Positions 45,501-57,183 of a DNA stretch of 64,000 nt are shown in pieces (positions within the stretch are counted from its first letter, which is position 1; the number at the start of each line of letters is the position of its first letter). The stretch comes from Patescibacteria group bacterium (GTDB lineage Bacteria; Patescibacteriota; Microgenomatia; CAYGWK01): contig JBMORX010000009.1 in assembly GCA_049322615.1 (NCBI GenBank), positions 57,120 through 121,119 of the forward strand, written 5' to 3'. The notes beneath the pieces are model-generated. The model saw nothing but the letters and a program-made list of their open reading frames with translations, ran no database searches and had not been told where the DNA came from. Made by a program: the position numbers and the translations under genes.

Positions 45501-46829
45501 TTATTTTCTTGAAATTTCGTAGGTGGTGGGGTGATAGAGAAAAATGACCGGAACCTCTTCAACTAAAAATCTTTGAAAATCAAAGTAAATTTTTTCCCTC
45601 TCTTCCCTATTTTGGGTTTTCCGACCATCCTCAAGAAGCTTGTCAATCCTTGGATTCTTAAACTGAGTGATGTTTCCCGTTTGGGTTGAATGCCAAAGAC
45701 TGTATTGATCAGGATCTTTGGGAATTTCTTGGGTAGCCAAAAGAATATCAAAATCCTCTCCGAGTTGGGTAAAAGCGCCAATTTCCACTTTCACTCCCAA
45801 ATCCTGCCAGGAATTTTTAATTTTTTCTGCCTCGGAAAGAAGTGAGGGAACAGTTGAAAGCCTAATGGTAATTTCCTTTTTTTCTTTTTTCTCCAAAACC
45901 TTATTCAGGAGTCTTTTAGCATTTTCTAAATCATAGTTATAGGCTTTAACATCTTCGCTATAAGCCCAAGAGAGAGGCGAAAGCGGACCATAAGCCCTTG
46001 TCTTTCCTTGCTCTTTTTTGGTAGTATAAGCCAGGGCTTGACGAAAGTTTTTCTCTTCAAGATATGGCTTTTGGGTGTTTAAAAATATACCGACAAAGCG
46101 ATCCTGGCGAACACGCGAGAAAACCTTAATATTTTTCCAATTTGTAAATCCGTTCGGGTTAGTCAAATCCACAAGTTTTCTAACCTCACCTAATTTTAGG
46201 GCAATTTTTCCAGTCTCCTCTGTTGGATAAAAACGATATTTAAGGTTTGGTTTTTCCCGAGAGAGAGAGTCAAGAGAAATTGCCTCCACAAACTGCCCGG
46301 TTTTGGTTATTTTTTTAACTTTATAAGGTCCAACTCCAACTAATCCCTTTTTAAAAACAGGCCGCGAGACAACTTCTGGTAGGGGTGAAAATGGTTCTTT
46401 GAGACGGAAACGGATAGTTTTTGGGTCTAAAATCTCAACTGAAACGTCTTGAAAATTATAATTTATATCAGAAGCAGTCACTTTTGAGCCGTCGTGCCAG
46501 AAAAGATTATCCCTTAAAAAAAATGTGTAAACTTTGCTTCCTTCCTCAACTTTCCAATCATTAGCAATTCCTGGTGTCGACGTTCCATCTTGGTCAAGTT
46601 TAGTTAAGCCAAAGGAAATTAAGTTTTGAATTTCTAAGGGAATCTCTGAAGGCCGAAACCTACCAACAATTCCAATTGTTTCAGTTGGTTTTCTTTTAGG
46701 TATAAACCCGCTTAATTGAGGCAAGAAAAAGAAAAAGAAAATTCCTAGCAAAAATCCTAAAATTACCAAAAATCTGTAGCGAATAAGAAATAAACTCAAA
46801 AGTCTTATAGTAAAGCGAATTTTTTTCAT
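45501..46829 (-). CDS. ABC transporter substrate-binding protein, family 5
   Basis: YTFFLR..WHDG..TASD, GVGPY. Confidence 0.88.
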   Translation of the reverse strand: MKKIRFTIRLLSLFLIRYRFLVILGFLLGIFFFFFLPQLSGFIPKRKPTETIGIVGRFRPSEIPLEIQNLISFGLTKLDQDGTSTPGIANDWKVEEGSKVYTFFLRDNLFWHDGSKVTASDINYNFQDVSVEILDPKTIRFRLKEPFSPLPEVVSRPVFKKGLVGVGPYKVKKITKTGQFVEAISLDSLSREKPNLKYRFYPTEETGKIALKLGEVRKLVDLTNPNGFTNWKNIKVFSRVRQDRFVGIFLNTQKPYLEEKNFRQALAYTTKKEQGKTRAYGPLSPLSWAYSEDVKAYNYDLENAKRLLNKVLEKKEKKEITIRLSTVPSLLSEAEKIKNSWQDLGVKVEIGAFTQLGEDFDILLATQEIPKDPDQYSLWHSTQTGNITQFKNPRIDKLLEDGRKTQNREEREKIYFDFQRFLVEEVPVIFLYHPTTYEISRK

Positions 46830-46833
46830 CTTT

Positions 46834-47049
46834 TTAGAATATGGCAGAAATTATTGAGGTGATGAAGAAGCAAACTGCCAAAACAATTGTCAGCCTGAAA
46901 AGAATTTTTTCCACTCCCCTTTTAGAGCGATAAAACTCACCACCTCCTCCCCAGGCTCTGCCTAGGCCTGTTCCCTTGGCTTGAAGAAGAATGGCTGCCA
47001 TAAAAAGGATAGAGATAATTATTTGAATAATAAAAATTACTTGCCTCAT
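46834..47049 (-). CDS. secG: Preprotein translocase subunit SecG
   Basis: ILLQAKGTGLG..RGVEKILF. Confidence 0.92.
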   Translation of the reverse strand: MRQVIFIIQIIISILFMAAILLQAKGTGLGRAWGGGGEFYRSKRGVEKILFRLTIVLAVCFFITSIISAIF

Positions 47050-47052
47050 GCC

Positions 47053-47472
47053 TTATTTTGCTAACCAAAAAAGAAAACTAGAGCAAAGACTTAAAATAAA
47101 AGAGGTTAAAACTAAAGCCAAAAACCCGGTGGTTGAAAAAGCAGGAATGGAAAAACCATTATAGGCAAAACCAGAAAAGGAAAATCCAATAATCTTAAAA
47201 TCGGAAACCAAAAGAGTGACTAAATATAAAGTGGCGACATTAACCAACCAGCGCAGTGTTCCTAAGGTTAAAAGATTTATGGGCAGAAGGAGAATGTTAA
47301 TTAAAGGCTTGACAAAAAGATTAACCAAGCCCAAAACCGCCGCCGTCAAAAGCAATGTTTCATAACCCTTGGCAAAATAAATTCCAGAAACAAGCTGTCC
47401 GACAAGCCAAAGCGAGGCAGCGTTAAATAAAAAAGACCGAATTAAAGACTTCATTCTCTTAAATGTTAACAA
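47053..47472 (-). CDS. Phage-holin-family (YvlD-like) membrane protein
   Basis: NLFVKP..LPINLLTLG. Confidence 0.85.
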   Translation of the reverse strand: MLTFKRMKSLIRSFLFNAASLWLVGQLVSGIYFAKGYETLLLTAAVLGLVNLFVKPLINILLLPINLLTLGTLRWLVNVATLYLVTLLVSDFKIIGFSFSGFAYNGFSIPAFSTTGFLALVLTSFILSLCSSFLFWLAK

Positions 47473-47487
47473 ATGAAAATTGGGGTG

Positions 47488-48741
47488 TCAAACAAACTTT
47501 CTTAATTTCAAATGATAGGCTCGGGCGAAACGGTGGGATTCGTCGCGGATTCTTTTTAAAAGATTTAAGGCAGGCGAATCTTCCGGCAATCTTATCTCCG
47601 AATATTTGATATTTGATATTTGATATTTGATATTAGGCGCAATGAGAATCTCCAGTTTCTTTGCCAAACCAACTACGGGAATTTTCAGACCAAGCTGATT
47701 TAAGACATCGATTGCGCCACTTATCTGTCCCTTTCCTCCATCAATCAAGATTAAATCCGGAAATTCCCATTCAGGATGTTTAAATCGTCTCAAAATCATT
47801 TCTTTAATCATCGCCACATCATCAGGAGTCCCCTTGGTTTTTATTCTAAATCGGCGATATTGAGACTTATCCGCCTCACCATCTACAAAAACAACCATTC
47901 CCCCTGTTCCTTTGGTTCCGGAAATATTTGAGATATCAAATCCCTCTATCCTTGAGAGATGTTCCATTTCCAAAAGTCTTCGAAGTTCAGAAACCTCTTC
48001 CTGGCGAATATTTTGTAAAAGAAAAGGGTTTTCTAGATATTCGTCTGCCAGATGCCTTTTTTGGATAAGCCATTCGATTTTTTGAATTTTGTCTCGTAGC
48101 TCTTTGGCTTTTAAAAAATCCTCAAGTTTTGCCGCCATTTCCATGTCTTTTTTTAGATTGTTTACTACCTTGTTACTTTTTCGCTCAAGCAGATTTTTGA
48201 GTTGAGAAATGGTCTTTTTATAAGTTTTTCTATCTTCTTCTGACTGATTGACACAAGTTCCAGGACAAAGTTTTAAATCAAAATAAAGACAGGGTTTTTT
48301 GGGCAGTTTTCGACAAGATCGATAAGGGAAAATCCGTCGCAAGAGTTTCAAAACAGTTCGAACTGTTTTTGCTTGAGGATATGGTCCATATCCTCCTTCA
48401 GTCTTTCTCGCAGGGTAAACTCTAGGAAAAGGTTCTTGGGTTATTTTTATGTAAAGCGGGCTTTTATCGTCTTTGAGTCTAGTGTTATACTTTGGTTGAT
48501 GTTTTTTGATTAAGGCAGCCTCAAGTAAAAGTGCCTCAAATTCTGATTCAGCCAATATGTGGTCTATTTTGGAGATTTTTGGACCAAAAAAAGACTGGGA
48601 GACAAAATATGACTTAACTCTTCTTCGAAGATTGGTTGCCTTGCCGATATAAAGAATCTCTCTCCTGGCGTTTTTGAATATATAGACGCCTGATTTTTCT
48701 GGCAATGATAAGTAAAGTGGCTGCTCCAAGAAGACCTCCAA
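47488..48741 (-). CDS. uvrC: Excinuclease ABC subunit C (short form)
   Basis: GVY/YIGKA, UVR, FDISN, DGGKGQ, RDESHRFA. Confidence 0.93.
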   Translation of the reverse strand: MEVFLEQPLYLSLPEKSGVYIFKNARREILYIGKATNLRRRVKSYFVSQSFFGPKISKIDHILAESEFEALLLEAALIKKHQPKYNTRLKDDKSPLYIKITQEPFPRVYPARKTEGGYGPYPQAKTVRTVLKLLRRIFPYRSCRKLPKKPCLYFDLKLCPGTCVNQSEEDRKTYKKTISQLKNLLERKSNKVVNNLKKDMEMAAKLEDFLKAKELRDKIQKIEWLIQKRHLADEYLENPFLLQNIRQEEVSELRRLLEMEHLSRIEGFDISNISGTKGTGGMVVFVDGEADKSQYRRFRIKTKGTPDDVAMIKEMILRRFKHPEWEFPDLILIDGGKGQISGAIDVLNQLGLKIPVVGLAKKLEILIAPNIKYQISNIKYSEIRLPEDSPALNLLKRIRDESHRFARAYHLKLRKFV

Positions 48742-50503
48742 AAATTGGCAAGAAATAATTAAGAATCAGGGAATTTATGAAAAAATTATACTCTATTTTT
48801 TTGTCATTTAAAAGAGCAGTAAGTTTTCCTTGCCCCTGATAGGTTATCTTTTCTGAGGAAATTTTAACTGGAACGAGTCTTTTTGAGAATGGGGGAAGTA
48901 TCTCAAAATAGGTTTCCCCGTAAGGTCTGACTTTAATATTTGTTCCGGAAAGAGCAAGATTTAAATCATAAATTGCCTCAGTCCCGGAATTTTCTAGAAC
49001 AATTGTTCCACTTTCGCCCTTTTCACTAAAAATTTCTTTCGGCAATAAAAATTCAAGTTCGGGCAAAGTTGGCTTTCCCTCTTTCGGTTTGCCAAAGGAA
49101 ACCTGGACATCTTTCTGGGGCAGACCAGACTTTTTATAGGCTCCAGCCGGCGGGGGAGAATTGCTTTCTTTACCATGAATAGCAAAAACAAAATGTCCAA
49201 GGTCAAGCTTATCAAAATAATTTATTCCCCCGGTTGTATCTTGCCAAGTTGGGTCAATTTGAATCCAAGTTTTCTTTGCCTCATCCCAGTATTCAGGCCA
49301 AGAATGCAAAACATCTTGAGCCAAGCTTAAAGGTCGAAGGTAAGGATTAGTGGTGTAGGCAAAACCATTAAGTTCTCTGGAGGGAAATCCTGCTGCCCGG
49401 GCTAAAGCAATAAAAAGATCAGTGTATTCGGTACAGATTGCCCTTTGGGGATTATCTAGGGCAAGTTTGGCACCAAGTCTCTTGGCTCCAATTCTGGCTC
49501 GACTAAAATCATAATCCAAAGTTTTAACAATATATTCATGAATTGCTTTTGGGGTTTTCAGCTTTTTCCCTAAATTGGAGATTTCTGGATCATTGATTTC
49601 CCAATAATTTTTTTCTTCAAGAAAACTTTCGAGATTATCTTCGGTTTCTTCAACTTTAAGAGTTGGATTGGCAAAAATTTTTACCTGCCCCTCGACTTGA
49701 ATTTCTAACTCTTCTTTCGGCTTTAATTTAAAAATGGCTAGCCAATTTCCATCACTGTCTGTCTCCACATTTTCAGGTTCTGGCTTAATTTCCCAATAAC
49801 TCATTTTTTGATATGAGGTATCTGGGGGGAGGGCGATTTTCTGCCAAACTTGCCCATCTTTAGGGTTTTCAAGATGATATTTCAGGGAAAAATCAAAGAT
49901 TTGAAACTCGCCAAAAGCGGCAATCACCCCGGATGATACCAGATGATTTTTGTTAAAGAAGAAAAATTGGTAATCTCCTTCAATCCGCTGTGTTTGAGGA
50001 TTTGGCGAAACATAAGCAGGTTTGCCAAAGGCAAGAGGAATCTTGAGGGTAAGATTATACACATCAATATCTTCAGGACTTGCCAGTTTAGGAATAGTCA
50101 ATTCCCAAACCTGTCCAGTGCGACGCAAGAGTTCTGGAGCATCATATGAAAGAGTGAATTTTAAGGTTTTATTGATACCTACTACTTTCTCATTAAAATC
50201 AACTTTGATGGTTGTTTCCTCATTTGTGGTCTCAACAGACGTTTTTGCTAGTCCAAGACTGTCCTCTGCCTTGACATTTTCTGGCTCCCCTCGTTCAAGT
50301 TTCAAAGAATACGAGGTGGCATAAATATTGGATAGTTTATTAGTTAAAGAAATATTCTGGATTATATGGAGTCTGCCATCTAAACTTGCCTCGTAAGAAA
50401 CGTCGTAAGAAGTAGAAAACTCTTGAGAAGCAAAAACGGGCTTAAAAGAAAGTAAAAAGTAAAAAGTAAAAAGTAAAAACAGAATTTTCGAGAGAAATCT
50501 CAT
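48614..50503 (-). CDS. Secreted transglutaminase-like protein with C-terminal TM
   Basis: CTEY, HSWPE, IDPTW triad. Confidence 0.88.
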   Translation of the reverse strand: MRFLSKILFLLFTFYFLLSFKPVFASQEFSTSYDVSYEASLDGRLHIIQNISLTNKLSNIYATSYSLKLERGEPENVKAEDSLGLAKTSVETTNEETTIKVDFNEKVVGINKTLKFTLSYDAPELLRRTGQVWELTIPKLASPEDIDVYNLTLKIPLAFGKPAYVSPNPQTQRIEGDYQFFFFNKNHLVSSGVIAAFGEFQIFDFSLKYHLENPKDGQVWQKIALPPDTSYQKMSYWEIKPEPENVETDSDGNWLAIFKLKPKEELEIQVEGQVKIFANPTLKVEETEDNLESFLEEKNYWEINDPEISNLGKKLKTPKAIHEYIVKTLDYDFSRARIGAKRLGAKLALDNPQRAICTEYTDLFIALARAAGFPSRELNGFAYTTNPYLRPLSLAQDVLHSWPEYWDEAKKTWIQIDPTWQDTTGGINYFDKLDLGHFVFAIHGKESNSPPPAGAYKKSGLPQKDVQVSFGKPKEGKPTLPELEFLLPKEIFSEKGESGTIVLENSGTEAIYDLNLALSGTNIKVRPYGETYFEILPPFSKRLVPVKISSEKITYQGQGKLTALLNDKKIEYNFFINSLILNYFLPIFGGLLGAATLLIIARKIRRLYIQKRQERDSLYRQGNQSSKKS

Positions 50504-50507
50504 ATTT

Positions 50508-53456
50508 TTATCTTAGAATTTCTCTTAAAAATTGTCCAGTGTAGGAGTTTTTAGCCCTCGCCACATCCAATGGTGTTCCGCTGGCGACAATATAGCCTCC
50601 TTTGTCTCCTCCTTCAGGACCAAGATCAATTATCCAGTCGGCGTTTTTAATTACATCAAGATTGTGTTCGATAATGACGACCGTATTGCCTAAACTAACC
50701 AGTCTTCGCAAAACATTTAAAAGTTTCTCCAAATCAGCAAAATGAAGCCCGGTCGTTGGCTCATCCAAAATATAAAAAGTTTGACCAGTGGCTCTTTTCC
50801 CAAGTTCTGCGGCAATTTTGACTCTTTGCGCCTCACCTCCAGAAAGTGTCGGCGCCGGTTGACCAAGATGAATATATCCTAAACCGACGTCAGAGAGAGT
50901 TTTTAGTTTTTCGAAAAGACCAGGAATATTTTTGAAAAATTCTAAAGCCTCCTCTACTGTCATCTCCAGGACTTCAGCAATATTTTTACCCTTAAAGGCG
51001 ACTTCAAGAGTTTCCGAGTTATATCTTTTTCCTTGGCAAACTTCGCAATTAACATAAACATCAGGTAAAAACTGCATTTCTATTTTAATCTGCCCCTCGC
51101 CTTGGCAGGCTTCACACCGACCATTTTGGACATTAAAAGAAAACCTTCCAGGCTTATACCCCCTTATCTTTGCCTCAGGTAGCTGGCTGAAGAGGTCACG
51201 AATGTAGGTAAAAACACCGGTATAAGTGGCTGGATTTGACCTTGGAGTTCTACCAATTGGTGATTGGTCAATCAAAATGACCTTATTGATAAATTCTCCC
51301 CCCTTAAGACCCCCAAATTTACCTGGTTTTTCTTTATGAAAGGGGTGAAGTTGCTGCGCTAGAGCATGATAAAGAGTCTCAACTACCAAAGTTGACTTCC
51401 CTGAACCTGAAACTCCAGTGATACAAATAAATTTCCCCAAAGGAAAGGTAACGTCGATATTTTTAAGATTAAACTGGGAACACCCTAACAAAATCAGGTT
51501 TTCCTTCTTGCACCCCTGGGGTGAAACAGCCTCACACCTGCGGAAATTGTTATTCTCAATTTCAATTCTTTTTCTTCCCGCCAAATAGTCTCCTGTTAAG
51601 GAATAGTGGTTGGTCTTTATTTGCTGAACAGTTCCTTCTGCCACGATCTCGCCCCCATGATCACCAGCCCCAGGACCGAAATCCAAAATCCAGTCGGCTG
51701 ATTCCATCATTTCTCGGTCGTGTTCAACGACAATCACCGTATTTCCTAAATCGCGAAGTCTTTTTAAAGTCTGGATTAATTTTTTATTATCCCGCTGATG
51801 GAGTCCAACCGATGGTTCATCTAAAACATATAAAACTCCAGATAAACCCGAACCTATTTGGGAGGCAAGCCTGATTCTTTGACCCTCACCGCCAGCCAAA
51901 GTAGCCGAAGGTCTATCCAAAGTTAAATATTCAAGCCCAACGGATTTCAAAAACGAAAGTCTTTCTCTTATTTCTTTTAAAATTGGATTGGCAATTTTTA
52001 ATTCTTTTTCGGAGAGTAATTTTTGAGTTTCCAAAAGCTCAATCCACCCCAAGGCTTTGTCAATAGAGAATTGAACAACATCGACAATCGACTTTCCTTC
52101 AATGGTTATTCCTTGTGATTCTCTCTTAAGGCGACTACCTTGGCAGGTTGGACAAATTTCCTGCCTCATATATTTTTCAATTTCTTGCCGGACAAAGTCC
52201 GATTCAGTTTCGGAAAATTTTCTCTCAAGTTCAGGGATTACTCCAGGATAAACTTCATAAATTGAGGTCATTCTGCCATAACGGTTTTCTCCCTCAACTC
52301 GCCAAACTTCGTCACCTGTTCCATAAAGTAAAACTTTCTTTTGTTCCAAAGATAAATTTCCCAGAGGCGCATCAAGCCTTATTCCATATTTTTGGCAGAC
52401 AGTTTTTGCAATCCTTGAGAACCAGGTGTCGTGAAAAAACATTCTGGCAAAAGGCAAAATTCCCCCTTCATTTATGGTTAGCCGGGGATTAAGCAAAAGT
52501 TCGGGGTCAACCTTCAAAAGCGCCCCTATTCCTGAACAAGTTGGACAGGCGCCGTAAGGAGAATTAAAAGAAAAAGTTCTTGGTTCAATTTCCGGTAAAG
52601 AGAGATTGCAGGTTGGACAAGCAAATTTTTGGGAAAAAAGATGGTCTTCCATTTTCTTTGGTTTTTCCGGGAATTCAAAAGAGGCATCCTTAACTTGAGA
52701 AAGAATCACCAAACCATCAGATAATTTTAAGGCTTGTTCAACCGCATCAGTAATTCTCGTTTTGAGATTTGAAAAAGAGACAGGGTCTTTTATTTGACTT
52801 TTCTCAAGAGAAATTCGGTCAATCACAACTTCAATTGTATGTTTATTGGTCTTAATTAAAACCAAATCTTCCGAGAGTCCAAAAACTTGACCATCAATTC
52901 TGGCTCGGGTAAATCCTTTAGACTGAAGATTTGTGAAAAGTTGGCTAAATTCGCCTTTTCTGGATCGAACAACCGGAGAAAGAATCAGAAATTTAACCAC
53001 TTTAAATGATTGAAGTGCCACTTTAATTAATTGAAGTACCTGATCGACTATTTGTTGAGAACTCTGCTGACTGATTTCCTGACCGCAAGAAGGACAATGG
53101 GGATGACCCACTCTGGCAAAAAGAAGTCTTAAATAATCATAGATTTCCGTAACCGTGCCGACAGTTGAACGCGGGTTATGAGAAACGCCTTTTTGATCAA
53201 TGGAAATTGCTGGCGAAAGTCCTTCGATTAAGTCAACATCTGGTTTATCCATTACCCCCAAAAACTGGCGAGCATAGGCAGAAAGGCTTTCAACGTATCT
53301 TCTTTGCCCTTCAGCATAAATAGTGTCAAAAGCCAAAGAAGATTTTCCACTGCCGGAAATTCCCGTAAAAACCACCAGTTTATTCTTGGGAATCTCAACA
53401 TTGATGTTTTTAAGATTGTGTTCTCGGGCTCCTTGGATGACAATTTTTTCGTTCAC
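50508..53456 (-). CDS. uvrA: Excinuclease ABC subunit A (with in-frame REP)
   Basis: Two ABC ATPase modules, Zn fingers. Confidence 0.97.
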   Translation of the reverse strand: MNEKIVIQGAREHNLKNINVEIPKNKLVVFTGISGSGKSSLAFDTIYAEGQRRYVESLSAYARQFLGVMDKPDVDLIEGLSPAISIDQKGVSHNPRSTVGTVTEIYDYLRLLFARVGHPHCPSCGQEISQQSSQQIVDQVLQLIKVALQSFKVVKFLILSPVVRSRKGEFSQLFTNLQSKGFTRARIDGQVFGLSEDLVLIKTNKHTIEVVIDRISLEKSQIKDPVSFSNLKTRITDAVEQALKLSDGLVILSQVKDASFEFPEKPKKMEDHLFSQKFACPTCNLSLPEIEPRTFSFNSPYGACPTCSGIGALLKVDPELLLNPRLTINEGGILPFARMFFHDTWFSRIAKTVCQKYGIRLDAPLGNLSLEQKKVLLYGTGDEVWRVEGENRYGRMTSIYEVYPGVIPELERKFSETESDFVRQEIEKYMRQEICPTCQGSRLKRESQGITIEGKSIVDVVQFSIDKALGWIELLETQKLLSEKELKIANPILKEIRERLSFLKSVGLEYLTLDRPSATLAGGEGQRIRLASQIGSGLSGVLYVLDEPSVGLHQRDNKKLIQTLKRLRDLGNTVIVVEHDREMMESADWILDFGPGAGDHGGEIVAEGTVQQIKTNHYSLTGDYLAGRKRIEIENNNFRRCEAVSPQGCKKENLILLGCSQFNLKNIDVTFPLGKFICITGVSGSGKSTLVVETLYHALAQQLHPFHKEKPGKFGGLKGGEFINKVILIDQSPIGRTPRSNPATYTGVFTYIRDLFSQLPEAKIRGYKPGRFSFNVQNGRCEACQGEGQIKIEMQFLPDVYVNCEVCQGKRYNSETLEVAFKGKNIAEVLEMTVEEALEFFKNIPGLFEKLKTLSDVGLGYIHLGQPAPTLSGGEAQRVKIAAELGKRATGQTFYILDEPTTGLHFADLEKLLNVLRRLVSLGNTVVIIEHNLDVIKNADWIIDLGPEGGDKGGYIVASGTPLDVARAKNSYTGQFLREILR
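51509..51546. repeat. REP family B copy inside uvrA
   Basis: tgcacccctggggtg..cacacctgcgga, as at 54148 and 54862. Confidence 0.85.
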
Positions 53457-53508
53457 GGCAAATCATTTATTTTACGCCTTTTTTCAACTTTTATCAAGAG
53501 GCAAGGAG

Positions 53509-54084
53509 TTACTTTGTTCGAGTTTCTTCTAATGAAGCATCCACGACACTGCTTGAGATATAGACAGTTTTCGTTACTTTCTTACCTTTCTCATCGGGAA
53601 CTTTGATTTGAACCTCAAACCAATCGCTTTGGGGCATTTCTTTGCCAGCCCGATCACCCCAAGCACTTAAATCTATAGTTCTTGATTTTTCGGCACCATT
53701 TATCCACGATCCCCAGACTCTTTTGGCTCCAGTAAAAATCTTTCCCTTAAGAGCCTTTCCCACGAGATATTGATCTGGGTTATCAGGATTATATTCTGGC
53801 TTAGATCGCAAATTTGCCTCATTGGCAGCAACGACGATCTTGAATGTTTTTCCTTTATCTTCAGCCACAGGTTCTCCCATGGGAGAGTCAGGAGCTCTTC
53901 TTCTCTCTTCCCCCAAAAGAAGTCCTACTCCCCGTGCGGTTAGCAAAATCCCAGTTCCAACAGCAGCCGCAGTCTTTATTAATTCTCCTGCTTTAATAGC
54001 ACCTACAGTCCCTGCTGCCTTTTCCACTAACTCGCGGCGACTAAGTGGCTTTTCCCAAAAGTTCTCTGGTCTATCTTCTGGCAT
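53509..54084 (-). CDS. Hypothetical protein with twin-Arg-like N-terminus and SH3-like domain
   Basis: LSRRELV, ANLRSKP. Confidence 0.6.
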   Translation of the reverse strand: MPEDRPENFWEKPLSRRELVEKAAGTVGAIKAGELIKTAAAVGTGILLTARGVGLLLGEERRRAPDSPMGEPVAEDKGKTFKIVVAANEANLRSKPEYNPDNPDQYLVGKALKGKIFTGAKRVWGSWINGAEKSRTIDLSAWGDRAGKEMPQSDWFEVQIKVPDEKGKKVTKTVYISSSVVDASLEETRTK

Positions 54085-54147
54085 ATCTTTAAAATATCAT
54101 ACAACTTGACTCTTGGTCAATATTTCCGTAATCTTGTCCCTTACCCT

Positions 54148-54185
54148 TGCACCCCCGGGGTGATATGGCTTCACACCTGCGGATA
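54148..54185. repeat. REP family B at the 3' end of RAYT 2
   Basis: tgcacccccggggtg..cacacctgcgga. Confidence 0.85.
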
Positions 54186-54821
54186 ATCGATTAATTGATG
54201 CTTGATTACCTCTAGCTGTTTTCCATAGTCCTCTTGATCATAAACAAATTTTTTATATTCATCTACCGATTTAAACTGGCTTAACACTATTTCTTTATGG
54301 CAAAGATTTTTATTGGTAGCTCCTAAATATTCCTTGAAAGAGGAAAAATCATACGATTCTAAAGACTTCACAATATATCCAACAAGTGGATTAAGATGAA
54401 TATATCGAGATAAATGAACAAGTTGCTCGTTGGTCTCGATATGTACTGCTTTAAACTCTCCTTGAAAAATTGGCCCATTCCTCTTGTACTTAGTGTTAAA
54501 GTATTTTGTGTAACTGTTACTTAGTTTACTAATAAATTCGGTTATTCCACCCTCTCTTACTTGTTGAAGAAGAAAATGAAAATGGTTAGGCATTAAGCAG
54601 TAGCAAACAAAATAGATTATTTTCTTTGTTGAGTTAATAAGCTTGGTGGATGGACTAAAAAAAGAAAATCTCGGTTTTGGATCTTCTATTTGGTAATAAA
54701 GCATTGTTTTTATAAATCGCTGGTGATCTCTATACCGAGTAAAAATAGGCATTTGAGCTATACCACGATTTAAAATATGATAGTATTCTCCATCGACAAA
54801 AGGCATTATCCTTGAAGGCAT
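54171..54821 (-). mobile_element. REP-associated tyrosine transposase (RAYT) 2
   Basis: YHILNRG, LMPNHFH, YIHLNP. Confidence 0.92.
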
Positions 54822-54861
54822 ATATCTATTAAATCACAAATAACCGAGGGTGTAAAGCTAT

Positions 54862-54898
54862 TGCACCCCAGGGGTGAAATACGAACACACCTGCGGAT
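54862..54898. repeat. REP family B upstream of RAYT 2
   Basis: tgcaccccaggggtg..cacacctgcgga. Confidence 0.85.
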
Positions 54899-54906
54899 TA
54901 AGAGAC

Positions 54907-57003
54907 TTAACTAGCCGTAATTTCCTTAATCTTGTCCCTAATTTTGGCTGCGAGTTCAAAGTTTAGATCGCGAGCTGCTTCTTTCATTTCTTTGGTTAAG
55001 CGCTTGACTAGCCTTAGGCGATCTTCAGGTGTCAGTTGTCCAGAATCAAGATGTTTAAGTTCTGACAAAGCAGATTGATAACTTCTGATTCCGAAAATAA
55101 ATGGGTCTATTCTTTCTTCGCGGACTACCAGTTTTTCCCTAATTGGCTTTTGAATACTCCGAGGAGTAATTTTGTGTTTTTTATTGTATTCAAGTTGAAT
55201 GTTTCTTCTCCGGGAAACTTCAGCGATTGCCCGCTTCATTGAACCAGTCAGATTATCAGCATACATAATTACCTGTCCATTTATATGCCTAGCTGCCCGA
55301 CCCATGACCTGAATCAAAGAGGTTTCTGAGCGCAAAAACCCCTCTTTATCCGCATCTAAAATTGCCACCAAAGAAACTTCGGGCAAATCAAGTCCTTCTC
55401 GTAAAAGATTAATCCCCACCACCACATCATATTTTCCCAAACGCAAATCATCTAAAATATCAGACCGGTCAAGAGTCTGGATCTCTGAATGAAGGTAATG
55501 AACTTTTACCCCTTTTTCCTGAAGATATAAAGCCAAATCTTCAGCCATTCTTTTAGTTAAAGTCGTTACCAGAACCCTTTCTCTCGCTTTGACCCTTTTG
55601 TCTATTTCTAAAATCAAGTTATCAATCTGTCCCTCAGTTTTCTTAATGGAAATCTCTGGGTCGGGAATTCCAGTTGGGCGAATAAGTTGTTCCACGGGCT
55701 TGCCAGTTTTTTCAAGTTCCCAGTCTGCTGGGGTGGCTGAAGTATAAATTGTTTGGGGAATCCTCCTTAAAAATTCTGCAAATTTCAGAGGTCGGTTATC
55801 TAAAGCCGCCGGCAGTCTAAACCCAAATTTGACCAAGGTTTCCTTTCTTGAGCGGTCGCCATTATACATCCCTTCAATTTGGGGAATGCTCATGTGCGAC
55901 TCGTCAATAAATAAAAGCCAATTATTCTGGTAAGGCTCTTTAAAATAATCAAGTAAAGTGTAGGGTGGCTCGCCAGGTTTTCGACCATCAAAATAGCGAG
56001 AATAATTTTCAACCCCATTGACATATCCAGTTTCTTCAATCATCTCCAAATCATAATTCACTCTTTGTTCTAAGCGGTGAGCCTCAAGTATCTTTCCTTG
56101 GGAACGGAGTTCTCTAAGTCTTTCTTCCAGATCTTTCCTTATTTCCACAAAAACATCTGAAAGACTGGCTGGATCAGTCATATAGTGTTTGGCAGGATAG
56201 ATTAAGACAGAAGTGGGAAGGGCGAAGTGCCGTGCGTCGCCAGAGGCTACTCGCCGTTGCGTAGCCACGCTTTGGCGGAGCGCGGTGCCGGCGGCGCGAG
56301 AAGTGGGAAGAATTTTGCCATTTAGGGGATCTATTTTGGCGATTTTCGTAATCCTCTCTCCCTCCATTTCAATTCTGACAGCCACATCTTCGTAGGCTGG
56401 GAAAATGTCAATCGTGTCTCCTCTGACTCGGAAAGTGCCTCGGTGAAAACCATAGTCTGCCCGATCGTATTGAAGACGGGTAAGCCTTCTTAATATTTCC
56501 TGGCGATCAATTTTTTGTCCAATTTCTACTTCTAAAACAAAATGTCCATATTCTCTGGGCGAACCAAGGTTATAAATACAAGAAACTGAAGCAACAATGA
56601 TGGTATCTGGTCTGGTTAAAATATTGGTCGTAGACTCCAGTCTTAATTTGTCAATTAATTCATTTATTTCTGTTTCTTTTTCAATATAAGTGTCGGTTTG
56701 GGGAATATAAGCCTCGGGTTGATAATAATCATAATAAGAAACAAAGAAACAAACCGCGTTCTCGGGAAAGAAATCGCGAAATTCTTGATAAAGCTGGGCG
56801 GCTAGGGTTTTGTTATGAGAAATAACCAAAGTCGGTCGTTGCAGTTTGGCAATGACATTAGCCATGGTAAAAGTTTTTCCCGAACCAGTTACCCCAAGTA
56901 AAACTTGATGTTTTTCCCCAGCCCGAATTCCGGTCACCAATTTCTCAATCGCCTCCGGCTGGTCTCCGGTGGGTTTAAAAGTTGAATGGAGTTTAAATTC
57001 CAT
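54907..57003 (-). CDS. uvrB: Excinuclease ABC subunit B (with in-frame hairpin insertion)
   Basis: [27 protein letters not shown]. Confidence 0.97.
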   Translation of the reverse strand: MEFKLHSTFKPTGDQPEAIEKLVTGIRAGEKHQVLLGVTGSGKTFTMANVIAKLQRPTLVISHNKTLAAQLYQEFRDFFPENAVCFFVSYYDYYQPEAYIPQTDTYIEKETEINELIDKLRLESTTNILTRPDTIIVASVSCIYNLGSPREYGHFVLEVEIGQKIDRQEILRRLTRLQYDRADYGFHRGTFRVRGDTIDIFPAYEDVAVRIEMEGERITKIAKIDPLNGKILPTSRAAGTALRQSVATQRRVASGDARHFALPTSVLIYPAKHYMTDPASLSDVFVEIRKDLEERLRELRSQGKILEAHRLEQRVNYDLEMIEETGYVNGVENYSRYFDGRKPGEPPYTLLDYFKEPYQNNWLLFIDESHMSIPQIEGMYNGDRSRKETLVKFGFRLPAALDNRPLKFAEFLRRIPQTIYTSATPADWELEKTGKPVEQLIRPTGIPDPEISIKKTEGQIDNLILEIDKRVKARERVLVTTLTKRMAEDLALYLQEKGVKVHYLHSEIQTLDRSDILDDLRLGKYDVVVGINLLREGLDLPEVSLVAILDADKEGFLRSETSLIQVMGRAARHINGQVIMYADNLTGSMKRAIAEVSRRRNIQLEYNKKHKITPRSIQKPIREKLVVREERIDPFIFGIRSYQSALSELKHLDSGQLTPEDRLRLVKRLTKEMKEAARDLNFELAAKIRDKIKEITAS
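56224..56302. mobile_element. 79-bp GC-rich hairpin element, copy 2 (inside uvrB)
   Basis: Identical to 14247..14325. Confidence 0.88.
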
Positions 57004-57028
57004 AGCGGGTTACATTATATCATCTTTT

Positions 57029-57092
57029 GATTCCAGGACTCTGATTCCAGGACTATCCTGGAACAGGCACGAATCCAGGACTATCCTGGATC
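57029..57092. repeat. REP family A doublet, inverted, between uvrB and lexA
   Basis: ccaggactatcctgg x2. Confidence 0.85.
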
Positions 57093-57147
57093 ACCCCCAG
57101 CTTTGCCAAGGCTTCGGCGAGGTCTGCGTCCCGATAAAAATCGGGAC

Positions 57148-57177
57148 TTGACATTTGGGTTTTCTTCGTATTATGAT
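57148..57177 (+). promoter_or_regulatory. lexA promoter with candidate operator in the spacer
   Basis: TTGACA..TATGAT ending 6 nt before the ATG; spacer contains TTTGGGTTTTCTTCG. Confidence 0.6.
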
Positions 57178-57183
57178 TAAACC

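Noticed and set aside
43646-45562. ORFs 43646..43867, 44794..45069, 44960..45295 and 45368..45562
   Set aside because: Shadow ORFs over GC-rich tRNA genes
47053-47472. Prophage suggested by the holin-family gene
   Set aside because: YvlD-like family in a housekeeping context; no other phage genes
54171-54821. IS200/IS605 element with TnpB
   Set aside because: No tnpB present; the NP/SS C-terminal motifs and flanking REPs indicate RAYT
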